Below, piece by piece: positions 19,664 through 29,611 of a DNA stretch of 64,000 bases. Each line of letters begins with the position of its first letter. The stretch's first letter is position 1. This stretch comes from Candidatus Bathyarchaeia archaeon (GTDB lineage: Archaea > Thermoproteota > Bathyarchaeia > Bathyarchaeales > Bathycorpusculaceae), in NCBI GenBank assembly GCA_049512935.1, contig JBEKWR010000008.1, positions 28,329 through 92,328 of the forward strand. The letters run 5' to 3'. A program made the position numbers and the translations under genes. A model generated the notes under the pieces. The model was not told the DNA's origin, made no database searches, and was given only the letters and a program-made list of their open reading frames with translations.

Positions 19664-20461
19664 TCAGATATTACGCATTAATTGCTTTTCTGTTGTTTGC
19701 AGAAATAGAATCTTTTTTATTGCATCCACACCGTTCGGGGTTATGATGTAATCACCTTTATTATCCTCTTGGGCTATCAGCTTCGAATCAAGAAGTTTTT
19801 TAAGGTGAAAAATAAGGTGACCGCCCTTCAACTCCATTGTCTGAGACAATTTAGAGAAATTCTTTTTCCCCTCGTACAAACTGATAAGAATCTTAAGCCG
19901 CACAGGATTAGCTAGTGGCTCAAGCAAATTTTCAACAATAAAAGGAACATCTATAACTTCCTGGCTACGGCTGTCGGCTTTTTCGACAAGAACAATTGTT
20001 TGGAATGCCCTTTTTTCGCGTTTCAATTTTTTCTGAAATTTTGTTTGACAGCTCTCGCATTGCGTGCCTTTAGCTTTTTCCACCTGATTTCCTATTTGGT
20101 TTATTCTTGCGTCTAGGTCAGCCAAAGCCTCTTTTGATCCGCGTGACTTAGCTACCGACAGGATTTCAGCCAATTGTTCTCTAAAGTATTCATGACATTT
20201 TGTCCTTTTTTCGCAATCAGCATTTAGAAGCTTGCCGATATCTTCATTGGCTTCTTCATTTAGCAGGTCGGCGTACTGCATTAGGCGGTTTTGTGAGAGT
20301 GCCTCTTCTACGGCGCCTAGCCGGTCTTTTAGGATTACGCTTTCGATTCTGCCTAATTCGGTTTTGAGGCTGCCGACTTCATGCGTTAGTGCGCGAAGAG
20401 CTTTAGTTATTTCTTCTTGGTCTGTTTGTTGGTTTTGTTTGGTCGTTTTGGGTACCCACAT
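19664..20461 (-). CDS. ArsR-like wHTH regulator with Cys-containing N-terminal domain
   Basis: LANPVRLKIL..FSKLS..GGHLIFHLKKL..Y.IT..G. N-terminal region has C-x6-C and CxxC. Confidence 0.8.
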   Translation of the reverse strand: MWVPKTTKQNQQTDQEEITKALRALTHEVGSLKTELGRIESVILKDRLGAVEEALSQNRLMQYADLLNEEANEDIGKLLNADCEKRTKCHEYFREQLAEILSVAKSRGSKEALADLDARINQIGNQVEKAKGTQCESCQTKFQKKLKREKRAFQTIVLVEKADSRSQEVIDVPFIVENLLEPLANPVRLKILISLYEGKKNFSKLSQTMELKGGHLIFHLKKLLDSKLIAQEDNKGDYIITPNGVDAIKKILFLQTTEKQLMRNI

Positions 20462-20535
20462 TTTGGTATATTATTGTTACCTAAAACTATATAAAAGTAT
20501 TTTGTTTAACGTCTCGTAAAGTGGGAGGTGAATAC

Positions 20536-20976
20536 ATGCCAAAAGTGTTAGTAGCATACTATTCCAAAACGGGAAACACCAAACAAATCGCAGAAGCCAT
20601 AGCCGAAGGCGCAAAAACCGTCAAAGGAGCCAACGTAGAAATAAAAAACGTTGAAAATCTCACCGCAGCGGAAGCCGTCACAGCCGACGGATTCGCGTTC
20701 GGGTCACCAACGTACTTCAGCATGATGTCAGGTCCCATGCTAACTTTCCTAACAGAACTCTACTTCGTACGCGAAAAATTAGCTGGGAAAACCATGGTCG
20801 CATTCGCAACCGGAGCCGGCAGCCAAACCAAGGCAACAGAAAACATCGAAAGCATACTAAAAGCATTCAACCCAAAGCAGGTTCTGCCCGGATTAGCCAT
20901 CGGAAACAAAATCGCAGAAACCGACAAACAGCAAGCAAAGCAACTCGGAGTGAAACTAGCCAAATCCCTCGCTTAA
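20536..20976 (+). CDS. Flavodoxin (WrbA/FprA-like)
   Basis: YYSKTGNTKQIAEAI and GSPTY motifs. Confidence 0.88.
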   Translation: MPKVLVAYYSKTGNTKQIAEAIAEGAKTVKGANVEIKNVENLTAAEAVTADGFAFGSPTYFSMMSGPMLTFLTELYFVREKLAGKTMVAFATGAGSQTKATENIESILKAFNPKQVLPGLAIGNKIAETDKQQAKQLGVKLAKSLA

Positions 20977-21078
20977 ACAAAGCCGCCATAACCCGGCCAA
21001 TCTTTTATTCTTTTTATTTTCGCAACGAAAATCTTGGGTACTGACTTCTAACGAAGGTAGGTATGGGAAAAATGCGGG

Positions 21079-24000
21079 TTAAGCGGGGGTGACGACATCG
21101 TCTTTGAGTACGAGTTTTCTGTCCCTCACCAAGCGCTTGAAGATTTCTGAGAACACTTCTTTGACGTCAGACGAGTGGTTCAGCCCGAACACCTTTGCCG
21201 TTTCAGCAATCAACGAGTCTTCGCTTATGCTTAACGAATACCTAGCCACCAGCACCATGGCAGCCTCTACTTCTTCAGGAGCAATCCACTCGGCTTTACG
21301 TCTGGTTTCAGGCATGCCCTGCACTGGTACACGTATCGGAGTTTCCTTAAGCGTTGGCGGCCAAAGAAAGCTGCCTTTAAGAACAACTTTCGGTTCCCTC
21401 AGCAAATCTCTGAGCGCTTCTTTCACGGCCTGCGTTATCTGCGGCGTCACCTGCTTAATCCCCCAAGCCTGTGCTAACCGTTCAACGGCGTAGTCAAAGT
21501 GCACTGGACCCTCATTTTGAACGAGTTCGCCAAGAAGTTTCGTTTGATTTTCCCTGTTTTCTGGATAGTAAAACTCGTTTTTCTGTTTAGAATCAATTGT
21601 GCCGTTAGCTGCGGCGACCTTAATGTACGGGTTAAATGACGCCTTAAGCGGATAGGTCTTGTAGGGCACACCGATTTTTTCGATGCCCGCATACTCGATT
21701 TTCTGCACATCAGTCTGCGGAGCCATCCCCTCTTTAATTTCAATCACAGGTTTCTGCGTGTCCTTCTCAAGCTGCTGCTTACTGGCTTGCTCCAAAGCTT
21801 CTTTCAGCCGTCGAATTTCAGAGTCACGTCTTGCGACCCAAGCGGGAGACCAAACTCGGTGGATACGCCACCCTAACTGCCTCAGCACTTGTTCACGCAA
21901 ACGGTCCCTGTCGCGCGCGCAGCTGCTTGCCTTGTAGTTGGCGCCGTCACATTCTACGCCGAGCAAGTAGTTTCCAGGGTTAACTGGGTCGACCACGCCT
22001 ATGTCAATTCTGTAACCGCTGCAACCCACCTGTGGAACAACCTCGTAACCCATCTTCTTGATTTCCGCCGCTACGTCCTCATCCAAAGCCGATTCGAATT
22101 CGCCTTCCCTTGCCTTAACCGACTCCAAAGCTTCAGGTCCGCGCTCGGCGTAGTCAAGATAGTACCTCAGGGTTTGCACGCCCAATGCTTTTGTTTCAGC
22201 ATCAATATCGGTAGCCTTTATCGACGTGATGATAATCACTTTTTCCCGAGCCCTTGTGACGGCAACGTTTAGACGCCGTTCCCCGCCAGGCTTGTTGAGT
22301 GGACCGAAGTTCATCGTCATCTGCTTCTGCTGGTCATAGCCGTAACCGACGCTGAAGAATATGACGTCCCGTTCGTCGCCTTGAACGTTCTCCAAGTTTT
22401 TGACGAAGAAACCTTCCAAACGGTCTTCCTTGAAGAACACGTCAAACTCGGGGTGCTTTTCCAGTCGACGGGTAATTGCGTTTTCAACGGTTTCCATCTG
22501 TGCAATGCTGAAGGTCACGACGCCGAGAGTTTTCTTGGGGTAAAGCGTGAAATGTTCGAAAACAAGGTCCGCCACCTTTTCTGCTTCCACGGGGTTGTTT
22601 CTTTTGCCTCCGCGGTCGTAGACGCCGTCTTGGACATAGACCAGTTTAACGCCTAAAGTGTCAGTCTCGGCTTTCGCAGTTGGAAAAGTTACGAGCGTGC
22701 CGTCGTAGAAGCGGCTATTTGAGAACGCTATTAACTCTTCATGCTTGCTTCGATAGTGCCACCGTAACGTCTTGACGGGTAACCCTATGCCGAGACACTC
22801 GTCAAGGATGCTGTCGAAAACTTCCACGTCCTCGTCGCTAAGCTCATCCCAATCCACATCGTCAATCAGGTTTTTCTGGAAAAACGAGGTGGGCGGCAAC
22901 TGCTTGTTATCTCCTGCGACAACCAATGTTTTTCCGCGGTAAATTGCTCCGATAGCGTCTTCAGGAACAATCTGTGAAGCCTCATCGAACAGAACCAGGT
23001 CAAACTTTGCTTCAGGCGGCAAGAACTGGCTTACAGTTATCGGACTCATAAGCAGGCAGGGTTTCAGCTTCACGAGCAGGTTAGGAATCTTTTGGAACAG
23101 GATACGAATCGGCATCAACTGCCTCTTCTTCGCTGCCTCTTTCTGAAGGATTACCGCTTCAGTGTCGGCTGCTTGAATCAGAATGTCCCGGGGTTTGCGG
23201 CTGTTTGCCTGTTCAATAACCATGCTGGACGTTAGCTTGATGAGGTCTTGATCCAGCTTCTTGAAATCCGCAATCAATTGTTCATGGTTCTCTCTTCTGA
23301 ACCTGCCCAGCTTGGGGTCTTCGTTGTAGAGGTTGTTTATCCATTCTTGGTAGACGCCTCTGCGGAAAACATCAACTAAGTCTGCCGCTGGAATCTTTTG
23401 CTCAGCCAAGCGGTTGAAGAACCCGTCTAAGCCGCGCAGGGCAAAGCGGTTTTTGAGGTCTTTGAAGTCAACCCAAACCTGAATGTCGTCAACACGGCTT
23501 CGCAGAGAGAGGATTCGCTCGCTGATGACTTTTATCTCTAAATCGTTCAGAGGCTGGTTCTGATACTTCATGGGCGCCTCAAAGCGCGCTTCAAACTCTT
23601 TCAGGACTTTCAAAGAAGCCTCGTATTTCTCGGTTAATTCAAGGCTGGAGGGCGCGGCGCTTGCACCTTGAGCCGCGATTTGCGCGAATGCTTGCGGGAC
23701 AGGGACGTCAAGGAATGCAGCCTGAACCTTCTCGACCCAGTCGAGCACAGCTACGATGTCTTGCCAGTCTGTTTCAAGCTCTTTAAATCGTGCGCCGAAT
23801 TTCTTTTGAAGCTGAGCTTTTTCGCCGACGATGGCGGCTTCCTTCTTTCGGATTTCTTCGGCGTTTCTGAGGTCTTCCAGAAGCTGCTTGTAGCTTTCTG
23901 GTTCCTGTTTGCTGACTGCAAGAGTTTCCCTTGTTGCCGCGTTCAGCGGGGTCAGTTGCCTTTCTGCTTCGTTTAACCATTCCTCGACTAGCGGGAGGGG

Positions 24001-26748
24001 CGTCCAAGTGATTGCGGCGCTTGACTTGGGCATGCTTGCAGGTATAAGCGACTCCAAGTCTTTGAGCTGCTGCTCCCATCTGACAACGGATTCCTGAATT
24101 TCCATACCCAAATTCTTAATCATGGGCGACGGGCTGGAGCTGTTCGTTACAAGTTTAAGCAGGTTTTCCGGGATGGTTGTTGCCCAAGAGAGCTTGCGAA
24201 TTTCGGCGGCAACCGCCAAGGCTTTTTCGGCGCCGTTGAAGTCTGTCTTGGATTTGTGGTAGTAATGCCCAAGCAGCGTTCGAACGGTTTCAGTTGACTC
24301 CTCAATCTCCGCCTCCAACTTCTTGACTTTCCGAGCATCAACAAGATCGGCCAACACGGTTTTCGGAACTTTGCCGTCGATGGTGACCCCCGCGATTTGC
24401 CTTTGGTCGTTGCGGTAGCCTGAGTTGAAAATCTTCAGCGAGCTTTGGCTGTACCCGTTGTATCTTGCTATCAGCCCGTCGAGGTCAAGCTTGTAAAGCC
24501 CCTCGGTGTAGGTCACGTCCAAGCGGCTTTTCAGAAGGCTGTGGTCTTGATAGAGCCGTTTAGCCTTCGCCATTATATCCTCAACTTGCTCGAAGTACTT
24601 GCTGTCAAACCACTGCGCCTCAGGTTTGTCCTCGACGAAGCAGAGCAACGCCATGCGAGACAATTCTTTCACTTGCGTAATCGTCAAGCCTTCGCCGTCC
24701 AACCCCAACATCGGAGCGAGCGCCTGCGAAGTTTCACGCCATTTCCGCGCAGCCACTTGGGTGTTCTTTATGAAAGCCAGAAGCTTTTCGCGTTTGCCAA
24801 AGAATTCACTCTCTTCCAACCCGACCGCTGGTAGCATCCTGTTTAGCGCCTCAAGTTGACGTTTGATTTCGGTGGACTCGTTCAGAGGCAAGTTGAACAG
24901 GGAGGGAGTGTAGCGTTCCATGAGGCTGGCGCGGGTGTTCTTTATCCAGATGCTTGCTTCAGCGTAGTTTTTGGCTTCAACGTAGAGTTTTTCGACGTCT
25001 GGGTTAGTCAGCCAGTACGATTCTGGCTTGGGACTTTCGGTTAGGAATTTGCTTACTTTCAGAAGCCAGTTGATGCGTGTGAATGTTTCTGGCGGAAAAA
25101 CGCCCAGCTTAGCCGAGTAATCTTCCGCCTTAAGCTGAAGGTCGCTGAGGGTTCCATTGATGCCTTCAAGCGTAGTCAGCACTTCAGAGCGGATTTCAAG
25201 GTTGTAGGCGTCAGCGCGGTAACCCAGCCATGGAAAATCGGGTTCTTCCACTACCTGCCAAACCTTGCTTAGTTGGGAAACAAGCGCTTCCAACTCATGC
25301 ATCTTCTGGGGCGTCAAAGTGCTCAACTCGGTTAAGCCGACGGGCACGAAGGGAACCCGGTCAAGGCTGGAGATTAAACTTAAAATCTCATAGGCGCTCC
25401 TCTGCAGGTACAGTCGCTTCTCATGTAAGGCGGCAACGTAACCGTTCAACTCTTCTCGGTACTCAGTCATTTTTTCAAATTCATGAGCGGACGGCAACTT
25501 GCGTGGGACAAGGTTCTCGTCAAGACTACGTTTAAGCTCCGCGACAACCTGCTGCTTGTTAGCTTTGCTGCTGTGAAGTTCAAGACAAAAATGCGCCAAA
25601 CCAACTTCGCTAAGCCGTTTGTAAACAACGTCGAGGGCTGCCATCTTGTCGCTGACGAAGAGCACAGATTTTCCGTTAGCGATGCATTCAGCGATTATGT
25701 TCGCGATGGTCTGGCTTTTACCTGTTCCTGGCGGACCCTTCATAACGAAGCTTTGTCCACGCAAGGCGTATTCAATCGAAACCCTCTGGCTACTGTCGGC
25801 GTCAAGAACCTGATAGGTTTTGTCCGGCGGCTCGATTTTGTCAACGTCTTTCTCGTCGGGCAACCCGTCTAAAATGAGTTTGTCTTCTTTGATGCCTGCG
25901 ATTGCTCGAATTATGGGGTGCTGCGTAACTAAAGGAGCGTTCGACTCTAAGTCTTTGTAAATGACCAGTTTTTGAAATGAGAAAAGCCCCAGGTCAACCG
26001 ACGGCTCAACTTTCCAGCCTAACTCAGCGACAGATTGATTAACCTTGTCGAAGTAGTCTTGCAGGTTCAGGTTTTCCCACTCTTCAGGCAACAGCGGCAA
26101 ATCAATTTTGTAATCGTTTTTCAGTTTAACCTGCAAAGCAGGGTTCAAAACCTCTTCCTCTTCGACAGGCGGCAGGCCGATACTGTAGGGTTGACGTATA
26201 GTATCCCGTGTTAACTCCAGAGGCACAAGAATCAAAGGCGACTGGACCTGCTCTTTTGTTTCTAAATCAACCCAGTTAAGGGTCCCGAAAGCCGCATGCA
26301 AAATGCGAACGCCGCGTTCACGATAATCCAGAAGCGAGCGCCACTGCAGGCTTTTGAGGCTTCTTTCAAGCTCCTCTCGGGACATTTTACCGCAGACCAA
26401 CTGGTTTGCTTTGGGACGCTGCGGTTCCTCTGGCATGGCTAAGCTGTCTTTAACGGAGGCTTGGACGTTGCCTTTCGCGGTTTTGGCTGTTTTAGCCTTA
26501 CCCTTACCTTTCGGCTTTTCTTGCGTTTCAGGCTTTTCCGCTTCTTCGGGAGGCAACCAGAAGTCCAATCTTTTCTTTTTCAAAACCAACGAGTTAAAAA
26601 CCGTCTGCATGTCAGGTTGTGAGATCGATAAGCTTCCCCGCTTGTTTTTGTGGAAATAGAGAAGGTTGTTTCTTCTTGAAAGGTCAATTAATCTTTGCTT
26701 CCAATCTTCCACTCTCTTCATAGGCTGGGAAGGAACAGTCTGCGTCAT
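21079..26748 (-). CDS. DUF4011 - SF1 (DNA2/NAM7-like) helicase - Vsr-like nuclease - DUF3320 protein
   Basis: WKQRLIDLSRRNNLL (DUF4011), GPPGTGKSQT, FDEASQ, GDNKQLPP, HYRS, QGDERD, RRLNVAVTRA, YRIDIG..ECDG..RDRLR..GWRIHRVWS, then a DUF3320-like tail. Confidence 0.92.
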   Translation of the reverse strand: MTQTVPSQPMKRVEDWKQRLIDLSRRNNLLYFHKNKRGSLSISQPDMQTVFNSLVLKKKRLDFWLPPEEAEKPETQEKPKGKGKAKTAKTAKGNVQASVKDSLAMPEEPQRPKANQLVCGKMSREELERSLKSLQWRSLLDYRERGVRILHAAFGTLNWVDLETKEQVQSPLILVPLELTRDTIRQPYSIGLPPVEEEEVLNPALQVKLKNDYKIDLPLLPEEWENLNLQDYFDKVNQSVAELGWKVEPSVDLGLFSFQKLVIYKDLESNAPLVTQHPIIRAIAGIKEDKLILDGLPDEKDVDKIEPPDKTYQVLDADSSQRVSIEYALRGQSFVMKGPPGTGKSQTIANIIAECIANGKSVLFVSDKMAALDVVYKRLSEVGLAHFCLELHSSKANKQQVVAELKRSLDENLVPRKLPSAHEFEKMTEYREELNGYVAALHEKRLYLQRSAYEILSLISSLDRVPFVPVGLTELSTLTPQKMHELEALVSQLSKVWQVVEEPDFPWLGYRADAYNLEIRSEVLTTLEGINGTLSDLQLKAEDYSAKLGVFPPETFTRINWLLKVSKFLTESPKPESYWLTNPDVEKLYVEAKNYAEASIWIKNTRASLMERYTPSLFNLPLNESTEIKRQLEALNRMLPAVGLEESEFFGKREKLLAFIKNTQVAARKWRETSQALAPMLGLDGEGLTITQVKELSRMALLCFVEDKPEAQWFDSKYFEQVEDIMAKAKRLYQDHSLLKSRLDVTYTEGLYKLDLDGLIARYNGYSQSSLKIFNSGYRNDQRQIAGVTIDGKVPKTVLADLVDARKVKKLEAEIEESTETVRTLLGHYYHKSKTDFNGAEKALAVAAEIRKLSWATTIPENLLKLVTNSSSPSPMIKNLGMEIQESVVRWEQQLKDLESLIPASMPKSSAAITWTPLPLVEEWLNEAERQLTPLNAATRETLAVSKQEPESYKQLLEDLRNAEEIRKKEAAIVGEKAQLQKKFGARFKELETDWQDIVAVLDWVEKVQAAFLDVPVPQAFAQIAAQGASAAPSSLELTEKYEASLKVLKEFEARFEAPMKYQNQPLNDLEIKVISERILSLRSRVDDIQVWVDFKDLKNRFALRGLDGFFNRLAEQKIPAADLVDVFRRGVYQEWINNLYNEDPKLGRFRRENHEQLIADFKKLDQDLIKLTSSMVIEQANSRKPRDILIQAADTEAVILQKEAAKKRQLMPIRILFQKIPNLLVKLKPCLLMSPITVSQFLPPEAKFDLVLFDEASQIVPEDAIGAIYRGKTLVVAGDNKQLPPTSFFQKNLIDDVDWDELSDEDVEVFDSILDECLGIGLPVKTLRWHYRSKHEELIAFSNSRFYDGTLVTFPTAKAETDTLGVKLVYVQDGVYDRGGKRNNPVEAEKVADLVFEHFTLYPKKTLGVVTFSIAQMETVENAITRRLEKHPEFDVFFKEDRLEGFFVKNLENVQGDERDVIFFSVGYGYDQQKQMTMNFGPLNKPGGERRLNVAVTRAREKVIIITSIKATDIDAETKALGVQTLRYYLDYAERGPEALESVKAREGEFESALDEDVAAEIKKMGYEVVPQVGCSGYRIDIGVVDPVNPGNYLLGVECDGANYKASSCARDRDRLREQVLRQLGWRIHRVWSPAWVARRDSEIRRLKEALEQASKQQLEKDTQKPVIEIKEGMAPQTDVQKIEYAGIEKIGVPYKTYPLKASFNPYIKVAAANGTIDSKQKNEFYYPENRENQTKLLGELVQNEGPVHFDYAVERLAQAWGIKQVTPQITQAVKEALRDLLREPKVVLKGSFLWPPTLKETPIRVPVQGMPETRRKAEWIAPEEVEAAMVLVARYSLSISEDSLIAETAKVFGLNHSSDVKEVFSEIFKRLVRDRKLVLKDDVVTPA

Positions 26749-26836
26749 AACCACATCCACACCCTTAGGTTGCATATTATGCGGATGCTTCTTTAATATT
26801 TGCGGTATCCTCATGAAGCTCCAAGCAATCAATCAC

Positions 26837-27056
26837 TCAACTTTCATGCGCCAAAAGAGCCGCTTGGGCACCTGTTGCATGTTGGATTGCGCTACCCACA
26901 ATAACAAGGTCATATTCAGCGATGTCTTTGACCTTTTCCTCTTTAGCGTTAACTACTCGAACGTCCATTCCAACTTGCCGCAGGCTCTGCAATTTCTTCT
27001 GATGTGCTGGCTGCTGCTCCATAACGAGTCCCAAAGACAATGAGTGCTTTACTCAT
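26837..27056 (-). pseudogene. Frameshifted, truncated flavodoxin-domain (HemG-like) gene
   Basis: ATG 27056 gives MSKALIVFGTRYGAAASTSEEIAE, then a frameshift into LRQVGMDVRVVN..YDLVIVGSAIQ, then an early stop. Confidence 0.75.
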
Positions 27057-27862
27057 GTGTTAGCACTTCCTTTCACTTGTGGTTTCCACCCTAGCTTGTA
27101 CAGTTTTAGTCCGATTAGTAGATGCCAAATCGTCACGAATAAACCTGCAGAAGCCATGCAGATCAAGCCCAAGAGATAGATGTCTGTCTGCGGCACAAAA
27201 ACTGACCCAACGAGATAGGTTAAATCGAAGGCGCTTGCTACAATTCCGATGTAAGCGGTTGCTTTGCTGAAAATGCTGCTCTGCAACATAACGGTGGACA
27301 TAATCAGTCCAGCAACAGCTACTAGAAGCAGGCTCAGGTAAAAGCCTGCGCTCTGATAGAGTGGTTGGAGTGTAGAACCGTTGGCAAGCACTGCCTGCCC
27401 CGCTGCTAGCAGTGTTGATCTCTGCGAGGCTGTTGTGGCGCTATAGTATTGGTTGCTGAGGGAAAGCATCGGCAAAGCGGAGTTTGAAACAATATAAACC
27501 CCGATTCCAAGGAAGCTAAAAGTTGCAGCAATTAAAGTGTAGCTTTTGTTGGTTTGTCTGAGCACGACGTAGACGGCGAGAAACATTAAGCCAACCAGAG
27601 CATAGTTTGCAATGTCAAAAACATTGAGCAATGTTAACCCCAAGAGAGTGTTGTTGTGAAGCAACGTGAACCAGCCGGCTACACTGCTTGGCGCCGCCAA
27701 CCCGGTGAACATTGGAATTTCTGCTTCTCCAAGGTTTCTTCTGAAGACCAACGCGGCAATTAAGGCGGCAGCAGCGCCTATTCTGTAAAGGCTACTCCAT
27801 GACGCGTCAGCAGTTTGAGCGCTTTTCTCCTTGCCGCCAGAAATCATCAGTATTTTAATCAT
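27053..27862 (-). CDS. Multi-TM membrane protein (DUF4386-like)
   Basis: Several TM helices; MLSLSNQY..A..R..LLAAGQA and FSKATAYIGI patterns. Confidence 0.7.
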   Translation of the reverse strand: MIKILMISGGKEKSAQTADASWSSLYRIGAAAALIAALVFRRNLGEAEIPMFTGLAAPSSVAGWFTLLHNNTLLGLTLLNVFDIANYALVGLMFLAVYVVLRQTNKSYTLIAATFSFLGIGVYIVSNSALPMLSLSNQYYSATTASQRSTLLAAGQAVLANGSTLQPLYQSAGFYLSLLLVAVAGLIMSTVMLQSSIFSKATAYIGIVASAFDLTYLVGSVFVPQTDIYLLGLICMASAGLFVTIWHLLIGLKLYKLGWKPQVKGSANT

Positions 27863-28048
27863 GATCTATCGCCTTGGCTGTGCTTTGTTCTGTTAATTTT
27901 TGGATTTCATCTTCTTTGAGATCAATTCGGAGAACCCCATTTTTACCCTTGACTTCTAAGATTATGTCAATTGAGAAGTCGCGCAACTGTGATTAGTTTT
28001 ATTTGATGGGGATGCTAAGAAGTAAGCAGTGAACTCAAAAGTTTAGTA

Positions 28049-28807
28049 ATGGCGATAAACATGTCTGATGATGCAGGATTAGGAAAGCTGTTTTTTGAGC
28101 TTGCGAGCGAAAGCAGGCTCAGCACATTGCACAAGCTTCAAACGGAAAATTTGAAGATGCAGGAAATAGCTCGACGACTTGACGTGACTCCAACGGAAGC
28201 CTTCAGACAACTGGAACGGCTGAGTACTGCCTCGTTGGTTCAGAGGCAGCCTGATAGCACATTCGCTCTTACTGAATATGGTAAAATAGTGCTTCAGATT
28301 TCATCATCATTAGCTTTTATCTCCAAGCATAAAGAGTACTTCTCGACGCATGATTCAATGAGGTTTCCTAAACAATTCGTGAACAGGTTAGGCGAGCTTT
28401 CACAAGCGGAGTTGGAAATGGGCACAATTAAAATCTTGAACAAGGGTGCGCAAGCTTTCACCGAGGCAAAGCAGTACATTTGGGCTATAGGCGAAGATAC
28501 CATTCCAGAACACATGATTCCAGTAATGAACCAACGCGTTCAGCAGGGAATACAACTTAAGCTGCTCATTTCCGAAGAACGCCTTCCAGCTGTTGCAAGC
28601 ATGTCTGAAACGCCGAAAAACGTTGAAATCAGAGGACTACCTGAGCTCCCTGCAATAATCGCCATTACCGAGAAAGTGGCTGGCATATGCTTTCGTCAAC
28701 TTGGGGGAAGAATGGATTATGCTGGCTTTTTCGGCAGTGACGCGGCATTCCATAACTGGGTTAAAGACCTATTCCTGTATTATTGGGAAAAAGCAAAACA
28801 AACGTAG
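28049..28807 (+). CDS. wHTH transcriptional regulator (ArsR/DUF1724-like)
   Basis: LFFELASESRL..MQEIARRLD..QLERL and C-terminal FHNWVKDLFLYYWE. Confidence 0.8.
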   Translation: MAINMSDDAGLGKLFFELASESRLSTLHKLQTENLKMQEIARRLDVTPTEAFRQLERLSTASLVQRQPDSTFALTEYGKIVLQISSSLAFISKHKEYFSTHDSMRFPKQFVNRLGELSQAELEMGTIKILNKGAQAFTEAKQYIWAIGEDTIPEHMIPVMNQRVQQGIQLKLLISEERLPAVASMSETPKNVEIRGLPELPAIIAITEKVAGICFRQLGGRMDYAGFFGSDAAFHNWVKDLFLYYWEKAKQT

Positions 28808-28809
28808 CG

Positions 28810-29436
28810 CTAAGTTGCTTTTTTAATTGCATCAAGAACGACTTGCCTCACGTTTTCAAGCCCTATTTCCCTTGTTTCAAGAATCGTAAGACCCATGCCT
28901 GACTTTTCAAGTTCTTCGCGGCATTCTTTGGCGTTGCCGCAGGTGTCTAAGAGCACGATGCCTTTGATGCCTTTGAACATACCTGCGAAAGCTGTCTCAT
29001 CCATGCCTTCCTTCATCAGCCTTTCTTTCATGTGCTTGAAGAACTCAATCATTCCTGGACCCATAAACATCAGGTTATGCTCGGGGTCAGCGTCGAAGAA
29101 CGCTCCGCCGCCGCCAAGTTGGCAGTCGATGCAGTTTGCCGCGTCAACCTTGACGATGCCGTATTCGTCGGCTAGTTTTTTCATTTCGCCGTTTTGTCCG
29201 AGGCAGAGGTCGCCGTAAACCAGCACAACTTTGCCCTTGAAACGCTTAAGGGTCGTATCGAGGACTTTGCGGAGGTTTTTCTCTACCGCTTCGTAATCAA
29301 CATGGAAGTACTTGCTGACGAAAACCAGCTCAGCATCCAGCCGCCCCTCCTTGACTAGTTGCTGAAGCTCGTCTTTTAGGACACTGCAGGAAACAACGCA
29401 AACCTTGCCCTTTTTCTCCACGATAGCTCCTCTCAA
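28810..29436 (-). CDS. DUF1638 domain protein
   Basis: VVSCSVLKDEL, FH, YGDLC and NCIDCQLGG patterns. Confidence 0.75.
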   Translation of the reverse strand: MRGAIVEKKGKVCVVSCSVLKDELQQLVKEGRLDAELVFVSKYFHVDYEAVEKNLRKVLDTTLKRFKGKVVLVYGDLCLGQNGEMKKLADEYGIVKVDAANCIDCQLGGGGAFFDADPEHNLMFMGPGMIEFFKHMKERLMKEGMDETAFAGMFKGIKGIVLLDTCGNAKECREELEKSGMGLTILETREIGLENVRQVVLDAIKKAT

Positions 29437-29611
29437 TACGCATGGCGACGGCTTCCAAAAAACCTTTCTTGGATTCGGGCCACGGCGAAAAAACCTGCAG
29501 TCAAGTTAGATGAGTAATTGCTGGGTCAAGAAACCTTGACTTAAGTTAGTCAAGAAATTTTGATGAAAAACCTCTTTAAATCGATTGATGCAATGACAAC
29601 TGGACAATAGC

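Noticed and set aside
26749-26832. N-terminal extension of the helicase in the ORF track
   Set aside because: Probably upstream of the true start (MTQ, 26748), which precedes the DUF4011 motif.
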